From NCBI GenBank assembly GCA_043760135.1, contig JAYUPL010000014.1:25347-89346 (forward strand): DNA of 64,000 nt, read 5' to 3'. The stretch comes from Candidatus Parcubacteria bacterium. GTDB lineage: Bacteria > Patescibacteriota > Minisyncoccia > Phycocordibacterales > CAIZLB01. The notes under the pieces are model-generated. The model made no database searches. It was not told the origin of the DNA and saw only the letters and a program-made list of their open reading frames with translations. Shown in pieces: positions 9,729 through 19,669 of the stretch; the stretch's first letter is position 1; every line of letters starts with the position of its first letter. The position numbers and the translations under genes are program-made.

Positions 9729-9810
9729 AATACCTCGGAGCTTTGCTCCGGCACATGGACAAGCAAAGCTTGTTCGATGTGATACCTCGATGCTCTGCAT
9801 CGGGGAGGTA
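9729..9810. repeat. Multi-hairpin REP/MITE-like element
   Basis: AATACCTC...GAGGTATT outer stem enclosing three hairpins (CGGAGC/GCTCCG; ACAAGC/GCTTGT; CGATGC/GCATCG). Confidence 0.6.
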
Positions 9811-9819
9811 TTCATTTAA

Positions 9820-10230
9820 TTAAAACTTTGGTAAATCAGCTGTTGAGTGTGCGACGATAATTTTATCTTTCGGGTGGTTTGTCACCAATGCCCATTTTCC
9901 ACCACCAACTGCAGCAAGGATTGCAGAACCGATAAGTAGTAGTATTGCATCTGTAGATTGACCATTTGTGTAATACACAGCACCAATCATTATGATGAGT
10001 GCACCAGCTGCGGCTAACTTGGTCCATATTCCAAAAATAAGACCAAGACCTGTTGCGAGCTCTCCAAGTGCCACTGCCCAGGCAAAGCCTGCAGATAATC
10101 CTGTTAACCCACCCAAGATATTTACCGCATGATTCATATCAGTAAGTTTGTTGTAACCTGCATATGCAAGCATTCCTCCAGCAACGAGGCGAATAATTAA
10201 TATTAGTATATTTTTTATATTTGTATTCAT
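9820..10230 (-). CDS. DoxX family membrane protein
   Basis: IIRLVAG..GYNKL, GELATGLGLIFG, GGGKWAL. Confidence 0.85.
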   Translation of the reverse strand: MNTNIKNILILIIRLVAGGMLAYAGYNKLTDMNHAVNILGGLTGLSAGFAWAVALGELATGLGLIFGIWTKLAAAGALIIMIGAVYYTNGQSTDAILLLIGSAILAAVGGGKWALVTNHPKDKIIVAHSTADLPKF

Positions 10231-10237
10231 GTACTAA

Positions 10238-10684
10238 TTATACCACCTCCTGTATTTCTTTTACCACCTCCTGCATCTCATTTTCTGTATAAGTATATTT
10301 TTCCTCTGCGAAATCATTATATCGAGGAATGATGTGTAGATGTGCGTGGAAAATTACCTGATGTGCTGTTGGTTCATTATTCATAACGATATTTATACCA
10401 TCAGCAGATAAAGCATTTTTCATAGCGATAGCTATTTTCTGAGCGGTGATATTCATACGGCACCATATTTCAACAGGTAAATCATATATATTCTCATGGT
10501 GATTTTTTGGGATAATCAACATATGACCTCGGGTATGTGGAAAGATATTAAGAAAAGCTAAGGTCTCATCATCTTCATGTACTTTAGTAGAAGGGTTTTC
10601 ATTTTTGATAATTTTACAAAATAGGCAATCTGCCACTATATTGTCTTCGTCATGTGTTGCTTTATTGTTGTCGTTTGGATTCAT
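10238..10684 (-). CDS. HIT family hydrolase
   Basis: CLFCKII, GHMLIIPK, HAHLHIIPR histidine triad. Confidence 0.95.
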   Translation of the reverse strand: MNPNDNNKATHDEDNIVADCLFCKIIKNENPSTKVHEDDETLAFLNIFPHTRGHMLIIPKNHHENIYDLPVEIWCRMNITAQKIAIAMKNALSADGINIVMNNEPTAHQVIFHAHLHIIPRYNDFAEEKYTYTENEMQEVVKEIQEVV

Positions 10685-10689
10685 AAAAC

Positions 10690-10701
10690 TATGATATCAT
10701 A
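10690..10701. promoter_or_regulatory. Palindromic bidirectional extended -10 element
   Basis: TATGATATCATA gives TG-N-TATCAT on both strands, 6-7 nt from the HIT and recJ start codons. Confidence 0.55.
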
Positions 10702-10707
10702 TATCCC

Positions 10708-12486
10708 ATGTTTGAGACTATCGACCAAAGTTTTATAAAAAAAATCCTTAAAGATAGGGGTTTTAATAAGGGTGAGACAGAAGAATTTCTTAACCCTTTA
10801 TATATTGAAGAAAATGGCGGTATGTATGATGGCCGAAAAATGAAAGATATGGATAAGGCTATGCAGAGAATATGGACCGCAATAGATGCTGATGAAAAGA
10901 TTGCAATCTACTCTGACTACGATGCTGATGGGGTTCCAGGTGCTGTGGTTCTGTATTCATTTTTCAAGAAAATCAAATATCAAAATAATGTGGTTGTGAA
11001 AATTCCTCATCGTCATAAAGATGGGTTTGGTCTACATAAACATTTGATAGATGAATTGAAAGTTGATGGTGTAAAATTAATTATCACAATCGATCTAGGC
11101 AGTTCGAATGTTGAACAGGTTGACCATGCTAACTCTCTAGGTATCGATGTTATTATCACAGACCACCACGAGCCTCATGAAAAATTACCTCATGCTGTTG
11201 CAATTTTAAATCCAAAACAAGAAGGTTGTAAATATCCTGATAAGAATCTTTGTGGTTCTGGGGTGATTTTTAAGTTGGTTCATTTAATGATTATTGAAGC
11301 AAGAAAAAGAAAATATGATATTGCAGTTGGGTATGAAAAATGGCTATTGGACATGGTAGGTCTTGCTACCATATCGGACATGGTTCCTTTGACGGGAGAG
11401 AATAGAGTTTTTGCTCAGTATGGTTTGAAGGTTCTACAGAAGAATAAAAGAAAAGGAATCTATCATCTTTTAAGTAAGTTAAAAATAAATGAGAGATACC
11501 TCGACGAATCTGATATTGGATTCTCAGTTTCACCGTGCATCAATGCCGCATCTCGTATGAGTCACGCTATCGATGCTTTTAATTTATTGTCATCTGATGA
11601 TGAGGATACTTGTATCAAATCAGCCGATGCATTAATAAAGCTTAACAAGCTTAGGAAATCTTCTGCTGATAGTTTGATCGGAGATATCAAAAATAAAATC
11701 GATGTGAGTCAAGTTCGTGACATTATTGTGATTGGAGACGAAAATTGGTCACCCACTATCTTGGGTCCTGCCGCATCAAACTTGGTACGACAGTTTCAAC
11801 TCCCTGTTTTCATTTATGCATCCGCAGGAGAAGATGTGTTTCGTGGATCATGCAGGTCAATACCAGGAATATCAGTTGTTGACATCATGGGTCATGTTTC
11901 AGAAGATTTTTTTATAGAATCAGGCGGACATCACGCATCTGGTGGTTTTGCATTTGCCACAGAAAAGAGAGATTTATTTGAAGCCGAGATGAGGGAAGCT
12001 TTTAGAAAATATAAAGAGATACGTGACAGTGCAAAGGTGAACGAAGAGATTGTGGCTGATGAGATATCATACAAGATTACTCATAACAACGTTGATAATT
12101 TTTTAATTAAGCATCTTGCCCAGATGAAACCTTTCGGGATGAAAAATCAAAGTCCGTTATTTTGTATCAAACAGGTGTCTTTTCGTACTATAAAATATTT
12201 TGGTAAACAGAAAGAACACATCGAATTTGTTGTTGAACAGTTCTTAAATGATAAACAACAGATGGAAACAGTCACACCTGAGTTGTTTCAGGACACATAC
12301 AAGTATTCTTCAAACTATAGTAAGAAAGATGTTGTAAAATACATAAGCTTCTTTGCTGATAATTTATTGCAGGATATCAAAGCAAACATCGAGTACGACA
12401 TATATGGTCGTGTTGAGGAGAGTAATTTTTTGGGTAAAAAAGAGATTCGTGTTAAAGTTGAATACATACATGTTTCAGAAAAATAA
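10708..12486 (+). CDS. recJ: ssDNA-specific exonuclease RecJ
   Basis: SDYDADG, ITDHH, TISDMVPL..ENR, RGSCRS, GGH motifs. Confidence 0.95.
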   Translation: MFETIDQSFIKKILKDRGFNKGETEEFLNPLYIEENGGMYDGRKMKDMDKAMQRIWTAIDADEKIAIYSDYDADGVPGAVVLYSFFKKIKYQNNVVVKIPHRHKDGFGLHKHLIDELKVDGVKLIITIDLGSSNVEQVDHANSLGIDVIITDHHEPHEKLPHAVAILNPKQEGCKYPDKNLCGSGVIFKLVHLMIIEARKRKYDIAVGYEKWLLDMVGLATISDMVPLTGENRVFAQYGLKVLQKNKRKGIYHLLSKLKINERYLDESDIGFSVSPCINAASRMSHAIDAFNLLSSDDEDTCIKSADALIKLNKLRKSSADSLIGDIKNKIDVSQVRDIIVIGDENWSPTILGPAASNLVRQFQLPVFIYASAGEDVFRGSCRSIPGISVVDIMGHVSEDFFIESGGHHASGGFAFATEKRDLFEAEMREAFRKYKEIRDSAKVNEEIVADEISYKITHNNVDNFLIKHLAQMKPFGMKNQSPLFCIKQVSFRTIKYFGKQKEHIEFVVEQFLNDKQQMETVTPELFQDTYKYSSNYSKKDVVKYISFFADNLLQDIKANIEYDIYGRVEESNFLGKKEIRVKVEYIHVSEK

Positions 12487-12997
12487 TATTACAATTTATA
12501 CAGACGGTTCATCCCGTGGTAATCCTGGTCCCGGTGGCTTTGCCTCTATTGTTGTTATAAACGATGAGAAAGTGATAGAACTGGGTGGGCACGACAAACA
12601 TACTACCAACAATAAGATGGAGCTTAAAGGTGTAATCGAAGGATTAAAAGTTTCACTGAATAACATTGATGAGAACATTAAGAATGTAAACGTTTATTCT
12701 GATTCAAAGTACGTACTACAAGGTATAACCACTTGGATTCATAACTGGAAGAAGAACAATTGGCGAACTGCAGCTAAAAAGGAAGTATTGAATCAAGAAC
12801 TGTGGATGGAATTGGATAAGGTGGTTGAAACAGTTTCACAAAAGAAAGTGAAAATAGAATGGCATTATGTAAAAGGACATGCTGACAATCCATATAACAA
12901 CAGGGCAGATATCATTGCAACAACTTCAGCTGATATAGGTGAAACTAAAATTATGTTTGATGGCGATTTTCAGAAGTGGCACGAAAGATTTGATTAA
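12470..12997 (+). CDS. rnhA: Ribonuclease HI (start reassigned to ATG 12470)
   Basis: YTDGSSRGNPGPGG, TTNNKMEL, SDSKY, VKGH..N..AD. Confidence 0.95.
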   Translation: MFQKNNITIYTDGSSRGNPGPGGFASIVVINDEKVIELGGHDKHTTNNKMELKGVIEGLKVSLNNIDENIKNVNVYSDSKYVLQGITTWIHNWKKNNWRTAAKKEVLNQELWMELDKVVETVSQKKVKIEWHYVKGHADNPYNNRADIIATTSADIGETKIMFDGDFQKWHERFD

Positions 12998-13050
12998 AAC
13001 TTTAGAACTTCTTTACTAAAACTTTAACCTCACTGTGTAACAATGGTGGG

Positions 13051-14406
13051 GTGAAGTTTTATATATTTTTTACACTAGTGGCAATAGCAGGGTTTATGAC
13101 TTTTAGAAGTTACAATGTCTTTGATGAAAGGCAGGGGTTTTTGGATGAAAAATTCTCAGAGGAGAAGATACAAAAATTTGAGACTGTTCTTCGGATAAAA
13201 AGTGAGATAACGATCTCAAACTTTAAGATGACTTTTATCGGAGAGGGTAAAGATTTTAGATACAGAATTACGAGTTCGGAAATGTCTGGTATAAAATTTG
13301 GAGACTGTCTTAAAGTTAAGGGAACTATCTTGAGACCAGAGATAAAAGATTCAGGGGAGACTTTGTACAATTTTCCGTATACAGAATATCTGGCTAAAGA
13401 TGGGGTGTATCTTTTGTATCGGGTAAACCAAGCTGAGAAAATTTTAGAATGTACACCTCTGAGTTTTTATGAAAAAGTTAAATTATTTTTTCTCACTAAA
13501 AAGATACAAATTACAAAAATATTTTTAGAAAAATATGACCAACCATATGCGGGGTTAGTTGTCGGAGTTTTGATTGCTGGGAAGGGACTCATGAGTCCAC
13601 AGACTTTGGAGACGTTTAAAAAAGTTTCTCTATCTCATGTGATCGTACTCTCGGGTTCAAATGTGTCGATCATAATTTTTTGTATCAAATATATTTTCGA
13701 TTTAATTTTTTCTCGAGTTAAAGAAAGTTTGCTGGTAGAAATTATTAAAAAGATTTTGACTCTACTGTCGGTGACAAGTTTTGTATTACTCACTGGCGGG
13801 GGTGCTCCAATCAACAGAGCATTCATCTCTAGTTTTTGTGCACTCGTAATTTTTAAGAAAGGGACTGATCAAGTCTATGCATTAACTATTGTAGTTTTGA
13901 TTATGACAATCGTCAATCCATTTGGAAGTATTTATGATCCATCATTTCATTTAACTTGTTGTGCAACATACGGGCTGATTTTATTTTCAAAATATTTTGA
14001 CAAGGCTATAATTTTTTCTTGGTTAAACTTTATACCAAATTTTTTGAGAGAAATTATTTCTGTAACTTTAGCAACTCAGGTTTTTGTTTTCCCCTGCATC
14101 ATTTTTATGAGTGGATCTTTTTCTACAGTTTTTCTTTTGTCGAATGTTTTAGTTTTGCCGCTGATTCCATTTATCATGTTGTTGGGATTTTTAAGTTTGT
14201 TTCCGGTAGTTGGAGGGGCGTGCATTTTGATAAATAATATAATTTTGAAAACCGTATTTTTCTTGGTGAAGTTTTTGTCTGAGATTCCTCATTCATATAT
14301 TTTGTTTGATAAAAAAACTAGTATTGGGATACTAGTAATTTATTCAATATTTGTTCTGTTTTTATTTTGGAAAATTAGAAGCGACCTTCAACCACCCCAA
14401 AGTTAA
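13051..14406 (+). CDS. comEC: ComEC/Rec2 competence protein, membrane part
   Basis: HVIVLSGSNV, NRA, SFHLT, NVLVLP; multi-TM. Confidence 0.88.
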   Translation: MKFYIFFTLVAIAGFMTFRSYNVFDERQGFLDEKFSEEKIQKFETVLRIKSEITISNFKMTFIGEGKDFRYRITSSEMSGIKFGDCLKVKGTILRPEIKDSGETLYNFPYTEYLAKDGVYLLYRVNQAEKILECTPLSFYEKVKLFFLTKKIQITKIFLEKYDQPYAGLVVGVLIAGKGLMSPQTLETFKKVSLSHVIVLSGSNVSIIIFCIKYIFDLIFSRVKESLLVEIIKKILTLLSVTSFVLLTGGGAPINRAFISSFCALVIFKKGTDQVYALTIVVLIMTIVNPFGSIYDPSFHLTCCATYGLILFSKYFDKAIIFSWLNFIPNFLREIISVTLATQVFVFPCIIFMSGSFSTVFLLSNVLVLPLIPFIMLLGFLSLFPVVGGACILINNIILKTVFFLVKFLSEIPHSYILFDKKTSIGILVIYSIFVLFLFWKIRSDLQPPQS

Positions 14407-14962
14407 CATTTTCAAAGAAGGCCTCAACATATTTCTTTTTCTCTGATGGTGGGACGTCAAGCATAAATGAGTGCTCCCACATATCAAGTGTAAGGATAGG
14501 CTTTAACCCAGTCAGATGCCCCTCATGTTGCTCACCAACCCAAGTATTTATCAAGTTGCCTGTAGTTTCATCTTTGTATAGAAATGCCCAACCAATGCCT
14601 CGTGTCATAGCAACGGTTTTAAACTCTGATAACCATTGCTCATATGATCCCCAAACCTCTTCTATTTTTTTATACAGGTTAGATTCTGGGTTTGCAGCTA
14701 CGGCTCCACCTTCAAATTGAGCAAAATAATACTCATGGTTTCTCATTCCTCCAAATTCAAACCCTAATCTTCTTTTTAACTCACCTATTGTATACATGTT
14801 TGTTTCAGTATCTTTAGATAATTCTGCTATTTTCTCAAGGATAAGATTGGTATGTTTAACATATCCAGTATAAAGCTTTAGATGTTCTTCTACAGTTTTA
14901 GCTGATATTCCTTTGAGTTCTCCAATATTGAATTGTTTTTTTATGTATGTATTGTATGTCAT
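14375..14962 (-). CDS. sod: Fe/Mn superoxide dismutase
   Basis: GISAKTVEEHLKLY, NHEYYF, RGIGW, DMWEH. Confidence 0.92.
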   Translation of the reverse strand: MTYNTYIKKQFNIGELKGISAKTVEEHLKLYTGYVKHTNLILEKIAELSKDTETNMYTIGELKRRLGFEFGGMRNHEYYFAQFEGGAVAANPESNLYKKIEEVWGSYEQWLSEFKTVAMTRGIGWAFLYKDETTGNLINTWVGEQHEGHLTGLKPILTLDMWEHSFMLDVPPSEKKKYVEAFFENVNFGVVEGRF

Positions 14963-15015
14963 ATCTTTATTATTTCTTTTGTTTTTCTTTATATAGTATA
15001 TGCTTTAATCATTAG

Positions 15016-15933
15016 ATGAAAGATATATACTATAAATATAACATATTTTACCTGATTTTAGGGTTGCTGATTATTCTCAATATTTGCCTCGGTATTTTCA
15101 TATATATGAATAGAGGATGTAATGTTCATCGTAATATGGTCGCTTTTTTAAATATTGGACAGGGTGACGCAACATATATAGAGAATAAGTCGGGACAGAG
15201 TATTTTGATAGATACAGGTAATAAAGATTCTGGTGTATTAAAACAGATTCAACGAGTTACATCATGTTATAAGGTTCATATAAATAGTCTTATTCTTACT
15301 CATGCTGACCAAGATCATATTGGTGAGGCAGCTAACCTTGTTCAAAAAAGCTATGTTGATCGAGTGGTACATAATGGTTTTTTGGACATGGATCAACAAC
15401 AAGAAAATCAGAGTGAAAATGACCTTGAAAAAATTATTAAGATAAAACGAATACCAACTCAAGATATGGTTAAAGATCAAAATTTTAATTTCAAAAACTT
15501 TGATCTGGTTTTTCTCTATCCAACTACTACCCCATATATGGACAAAAAAGGAAAAAGTAAAAGTGTTGATGATAACGATTATTCGATTGTATTAAAATTA
15601 ACTCATGCTGACTACATCTTCATGCTTATGGGTGATGCACCAATAAAGGTGGAAAAAGAAATAATTAATTTTAATTGTGTTAAAAAAGCTACGAGCACTT
15701 GTCCTCTTTTGAAATCAAACGTGCTTAAGCTTGGACATCATGGTTCTAAAAATTCGTCAGGTATAGATTTTCTAAAAAAGGTTGATGCTAAAGACTATAT
15801 TGTTTCGGCAGGTCTTAATAATAAATATCACCATCCTAACGAAGAGACTATATATAGAGTATACCTCAACAAAAAAGACTCCCGAGTAAGGGAGACTTCT
15901 GTAGAGGGGAATATTGTGTATATCTTGAATTAG
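15016..15933 (+). CDS. ComEC-associated metallo-beta-lactamase fold nuclease
   Basis: NIGQGDA, THADQDHIG, GDA, KLGHHGSKNS, YHHP. Confidence 0.9.
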   Translation: MKDIYYKYNIFYLILGLLIILNICLGIFIYMNRGCNVHRNMVAFLNIGQGDATYIENKSGQSILIDTGNKDSGVLKQIQRVTSCYKVHINSLILTHADQDHIGEAANLVQKSYVDRVVHNGFLDMDQQQENQSENDLEKIIKIKRIPTQDMVKDQNFNFKNFDLVFLYPTTTPYMDKKGKSKSVDDNDYSIVLKLTHADYIFMLMGDAPIKVEKEIINFNCVKKATSTCPLLKSNVLKLGHHGSKNSSGIDFLKKVDAKDYIVSAGLNNKYHHPNEETIYRVYLNKKDSRVRETSVEGNIVYILN

Positions 15934-16172
15934 ATAATACCTGCTTTTCTAAGAGTTTGAAAAGCACCATTTTTATTGATAGTTTTGATAGCTCTGGTTG
16001 AAACTGTTACAGAGACTGTTTGGTTTATTTCAGGAACGAAGATTTTTTTCTTTTGTAGGTTTATATATCTTCTTCTTTTTCCGGTAGGGTTAAATTGAGT
16101 AGCACGAGTTCTGTTAGAATACCCGCCTCCGTTTATTGATCCTCTTCCTGTTATTTCGCAAATTTTAGCCAT
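15930..16172 (-). CDS. rpmB: 50S ribosomal protein bL28 (start reassigned to 16172)
   Basis: MAKICEITGR...RRYINLQKKKIF...VSTRAIKT. Confidence 0.93.
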   Translation of the reverse strand: MAKICEITGRGSINGGGYSNRTRATQFNPTGKRRRYINLQKKKIFVPEINQTVSVTVSTRAIKTINKNGAFQTLRKAGII

Positions 16173-16239
16173 GACAAGTATACTATCACAAAGGTTTGAT
16201 TGTGGCAATATATATAGTTTGTATGGTATATTTAATTTT

Positions 16240-16743
16240 ATGCTTAAAATAAAGGACGAAAAGAAAATAAAAATAGCTAAAATTCCAGTACCAGAGACGT
16301 TTGAAGAAAAGGTTTCCAAAAGCATAGGGTCAATTTGGTCACTCTATATTCATACAGCTATATTTGTCCTTTCATTTTTACTTATAATTTTAGGGGTTTC
16401 TACAGAAGAAGTGTTACTAACACTAACAACATTGGTATCTTTGGAAGCAATCTACCTCTCTATTTTCATACAAATGGCGGTAAACAAGAACACCGAATCT
16501 CTTGAAGAAGTTGAGGAAGACCTGGATGAGATCCAAGAAGATATTGATGAGATTCAGGAGGGTGTTGAGAGTATTGAGGAGGACATCGATGAGATCCAAG
16601 AGGATGTTGAAGAGATTGAGGAGGATGTGGATGAGATAGAAGAAGGTGATAATAAAAGAGACAAAGCAGTAAATGACAAGTTCACAAAAATTGATAATCA
16701 ATTAAACTTAATATTAGCTGAATTAAAAAACTTACAAAAATAA
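16240..16743 (+). CDS. DUF1003-like membrane protein with acidic heptad coiled coil
   Basis: GSIWSLYIH, LTTLVSLEAIYLSIFIQM; EDIDEIQ-type heptads; TG-G-TATATT 7 nt before ATG 16240. Confidence 0.75.
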   Translation: MLKIKDEKKIKIAKIPVPETFEEKVSKSIGSIWSLYIHTAIFVLSFLLIILGVSTEEVLLTLTTLVSLEAIYLSIFIQMAVNKNTESLEEVEEDLDEIQEDIDEIQEGVESIEEDIDEIQEDVEEIEEDVDEIEEGDNKRDKAVNDKFTKIDNQLNLILAELKNLQK

Positions 16744-16744
16744 T

Positions 16745-17332
16745 ATGACAATAATCGCAATACTTATATTAATACTCTCAATTGTAGCTCACGAAGTTGC
16801 TCATGGATTGGCCGCATTGTGGCAAGGTGATAGAACGGCACGAGATGCGGGAAGGCTAACATTAAACCCGATACCACATATAGATATGGTTGGATCAATA
16901 ATATTGCCAGTATTTATGTACATAATAGGAATGCCATTTCTTTTTGGATATGCAAAACCAGTTCCGATCAATCCATATAACTTTAGAAATATAAAATACG
17001 GAGAAGCATTAGTTGCTTTTGCTGGACCATTGGTAAACATTATATTTGTGGCAATATTTACAGTATTACTTCACACAGTTCCAATGAGTCCTGTGTACAC
17101 TGGTGTAGCTCAAATGATTATTTTAATAAACATTGTTCTAGCTTTGTTTAACTTGATGCCAGTTCCACCACTAGATGGTTCAAAAATATTGTTTGCATTT
17201 ATTCCACAAAGATTTTACAGGTTCCGTAAATCACTAGAGGGTAAAAGTTTCTTGTTTTGGTTTATTATCATCATCTTGATTTGGCAAGTATTTCAGCCTT
17301 TGGTTGCTTGGATTTTTGAGAAGTTGGTGTAG
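16745..17332 (+). CDS. Site-2 protease (M50 family)
   Basis: HEVAH, GYAKPVP, AGP, FNLMPVPPLDG. Confidence 0.93.
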   Translation: MTIIAILILILSIVAHEVAHGLAALWQGDRTARDAGRLTLNPIPHIDMVGSIILPVFMYIIGMPFLFGYAKPVPINPYNFRNIKYGEALVAFAGPLVNIIFVAIFTVLLHTVPMSPVYTGVAQMIILINIVLALFNLMPVPPLDGSKILFAFIPQRFYRFRKSLEGKSFLFWFIIIILIWQVFQPLVAWIFEKLV

Positions 17333-17378
17333 GTAAAGTCAATATTGCAGAATTCGTACAAATGCTATAATGACCTCC

Positions 17379-18554
17379 ATGAAAGATAAACAAGTAAAAG
17401 CCATCATCGATGCTGAAACCAAAAGGCAGAAAAAAGTTATAAATCTGATTCCATCTGAGAACTTTACATCCGTTGATGTGATGTCTGCGGTAGGATCTGT
17501 TTTTGATAATAAATATGCAGAAGGGTATGTATTTGCTCGATACTATGGAGGAAATGAAGAAGTGGATAAGATAGAAACATTGTGTAAAGAAAGAGCATTA
17601 AAACTTTTCGGGCTTAAAGAAAAAGAATGGCATGTAAATTGTCAGGCGCACTCAGGTTCACCTGCAAACATGGCAGTGTATCTCGCTAATGTTCCAGTCG
17701 GTACAGGGAAAATTATGGGAATGAGTTTAACTTCAGGTGGGCATCTCACTCATGGACAAAAAGTTTCTGCTACAGGAAAATTTTGGACACCGGTAAACTT
17801 TGAAGTTGATAAAGATACAGAAGTTATTGATTATGATGCTGTTATGAAACTCGCACAAAAAGAAAAGCCAACTATTATCGTTGCTGGATTTACTGCGTAC
17901 CCGAGAGTTGTTGATTTTAAAAAGTTTAGAGAGATAGCAGATAGTTGTGGGGCACTTCTTATGGTTGATATGTCACACCTTGCAGGATTAGTTGCAGGTA
18001 AAGCATATCCATCACCATTTCCATATGCTGATGTGGTAACTACTACAACTCATAAAACATTGAGAGGTCCAAGAGGTGCATTAATTTTCTCAAGAAAAGA
18101 TGAAAGGGGAATAGATAAAAAAATAGACAAGGCAGTGTTTCCAGGACTTCAAGGTGGACCACACATGTCACATGTTGCTGGTATTGCCGTTGCATTAGGT
18201 GAAGCAAACACTCCCGCATTTAAAGCGTATGCAAAACAAGTTATTAAAAATGCAAAAGCTTTTGCAAAAGAAATGAAAAAACTTGGTTGGAGAGTTGTGT
18301 CAGGTGGAACAGATTCTCATTTACTACTTATCGACACATGGGCAAATGGTGTTACAGGAAAGATTGCTGAAGCAGCACTTGAAAAAGCGGGAATTATTTG
18401 TAATAAAAATACGATACCAGGTGAGACAAGATCTCCATTTGATCCATCGGGTATACGCGTTGGAACTCCAGCGATGACAACGAGAGGGTATAAGGAAAAT
18501 GATTTTGTGAAGGTGGCACAGAAGATTGATAAGGTATTGAGGGCGGTGAAGTAA
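17379..18554 (+). CDS. glyA: Serine hydroxymethyltransferase
   Basis: LIPSENF, YAEGY, GGHLTHG, TTTTHKTLRGPRG, SGIRVGTP. Confidence 0.97.
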   Translation: MKDKQVKAIIDAETKRQKKVINLIPSENFTSVDVMSAVGSVFDNKYAEGYVFARYYGGNEEVDKIETLCKERALKLFGLKEKEWHVNCQAHSGSPANMAVYLANVPVGTGKIMGMSLTSGGHLTHGQKVSATGKFWTPVNFEVDKDTEVIDYDAVMKLAQKEKPTIIVAGFTAYPRVVDFKKFREIADSCGALLMVDMSHLAGLVAGKAYPSPFPYADVVTTTTHKTLRGPRGALIFSRKDERGIDKKIDKAVFPGLQGGPHMSHVAGIAVALGEANTPAFKAYAKQVIKNAKAFAKEMKKLGWRVVSGGTDSHLLLIDTWANGVTGKIAEAALEKAGIICNKNTIPGETRSPFDPSGIRVGTPAMTTRGYKENDFVKVAQKIDKVLRAVK

Positions 18555-18585
18555 ATTTGAGGTCACAATTTGTGACCTCAAATTT
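18553..18585. repeat. Perfect 33-bp palindrome
   Basis: AAATTTGAGGTCACAA-T-TTGTGACCTCAAATTT. Confidence 0.85.
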
Positions 18586-18638
18586 GGTACAAGAAAATTC
18601 CCCAAGGACCGAGATGGTCCGAGGGGAATGTTTTTTGT

Positions 18639-19547
18639 TTATTCTACAGGCCACTCGCCATCGAAGTTTGGAAGCACTACTTTATCGATATAATCTTTAA
18701 AGAGGCTACTTTCAGGATTAATGCCTAAGAGTAGTTCATTGTAGAGATGACTAAAGAATCCTTTGTGTCCGAAAAATTCTCTAGCCGCTGTCCTGGTGTA
18801 CTTATAGTGACTCAACGCACCTACCCAGGAATTTAAAGTACTGAGTATGTGGAAACACTTAAAGTCTTCGGCATTTTCCCAATGACAATCTTCCGTGACG
18901 ATGCTCAGATGGGTATAGTCTAATCTCCCAGGCCGAATGATTCTTTGTCCAAAATGTGTCCATCGGCACAAGTTTTCATTAGTGATGTGGGCGGCGAATA
19001 ATGGACTCCATGCCTCGTGGTCTTCATCAGACAGAAAATCTGTAAGTCTTCCTGCATAATCATTGGGTGATGCAAGACCACACTTAATAAAAATCCAGAT
19101 TAACATCTTACGTAGGAATTCTTGTTCATCTCTGTATAAATCCAGACTAAAGCCGTACATTTCAGATGAATAACCGGAGGCATTTGGTACTTGAGACCAG
19201 ATAAGATCTATATCATTCCCTAACTTTTTGTATGAAGGTACATCTGATTTGCCGTATTTTTTATAAATAATGTTTTGTTTCCGACGCAATTCTTCAACGC
19301 GTTTGGTTCGGTTTGGAACCAAAACAGTAATATAGTGAATCAGCGATTCCAAAAGGGTAACATACAGATCATAATCACTGTTTTCTTTACGTTTTGCGTC
19401 GATATCACTGTTTCTGTTTTTATTCAGTACAATCCAAGGATAAAGTTGGCTAAAATCTCTCCAATCATTGCTCAGTTTTTGGATGAGCGCGTTGAGCAAG
19501 GGAAGGAATGCGGGGAATGCCACGAAGTTTTCTGGAAACATTTTCAT
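18639..19547 (-). CDS. Hypothetical protein
   Basis: 302-aa ORF divergent from the TrmB-type gene; no motif recognised. Confidence 0.65.
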   Translation of the reverse strand: MKMFPENFVAFPAFLPLLNALIQKLSNDWRDFSQLYPWIVLNKNRNSDIDAKRKENSDYDLYVTLLESLIHYITVLVPNRTKRVEELRRKQNIIYKKYGKSDVPSYKKLGNDIDLIWSQVPNASGYSSEMYGFSLDLYRDEQEFLRKMLIWIFIKCGLASPNDYAGRLTDFLSDEDHEAWSPLFAAHITNENLCRWTHFGQRIIRPGRLDYTHLSIVTEDCHWENAEDFKCFHILSTLNSWVGALSHYKYTRTAAREFFGHKGFFSHLYNELLLGINPESSLFKDYIDKVVLPNFDGEWPVE

Positions 19548-19669
19548 TTTTGTATTTGGTTTAAGTTTCTTTGGTTTCTACTTTAGTAACCTTGCAATCA
19601 GTATACATCCATGTCATAATAATATATACCATTCGCCGAAACGCGAATAATATTGTAATATATAGATAT

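Noticed and set aside
16501-16645. 21-nt periodic repeats as a possible CRISPR or VNTR
   Set aside because: In-frame degenerate heptad codons of a coiled coil; no spacers and no cas genes
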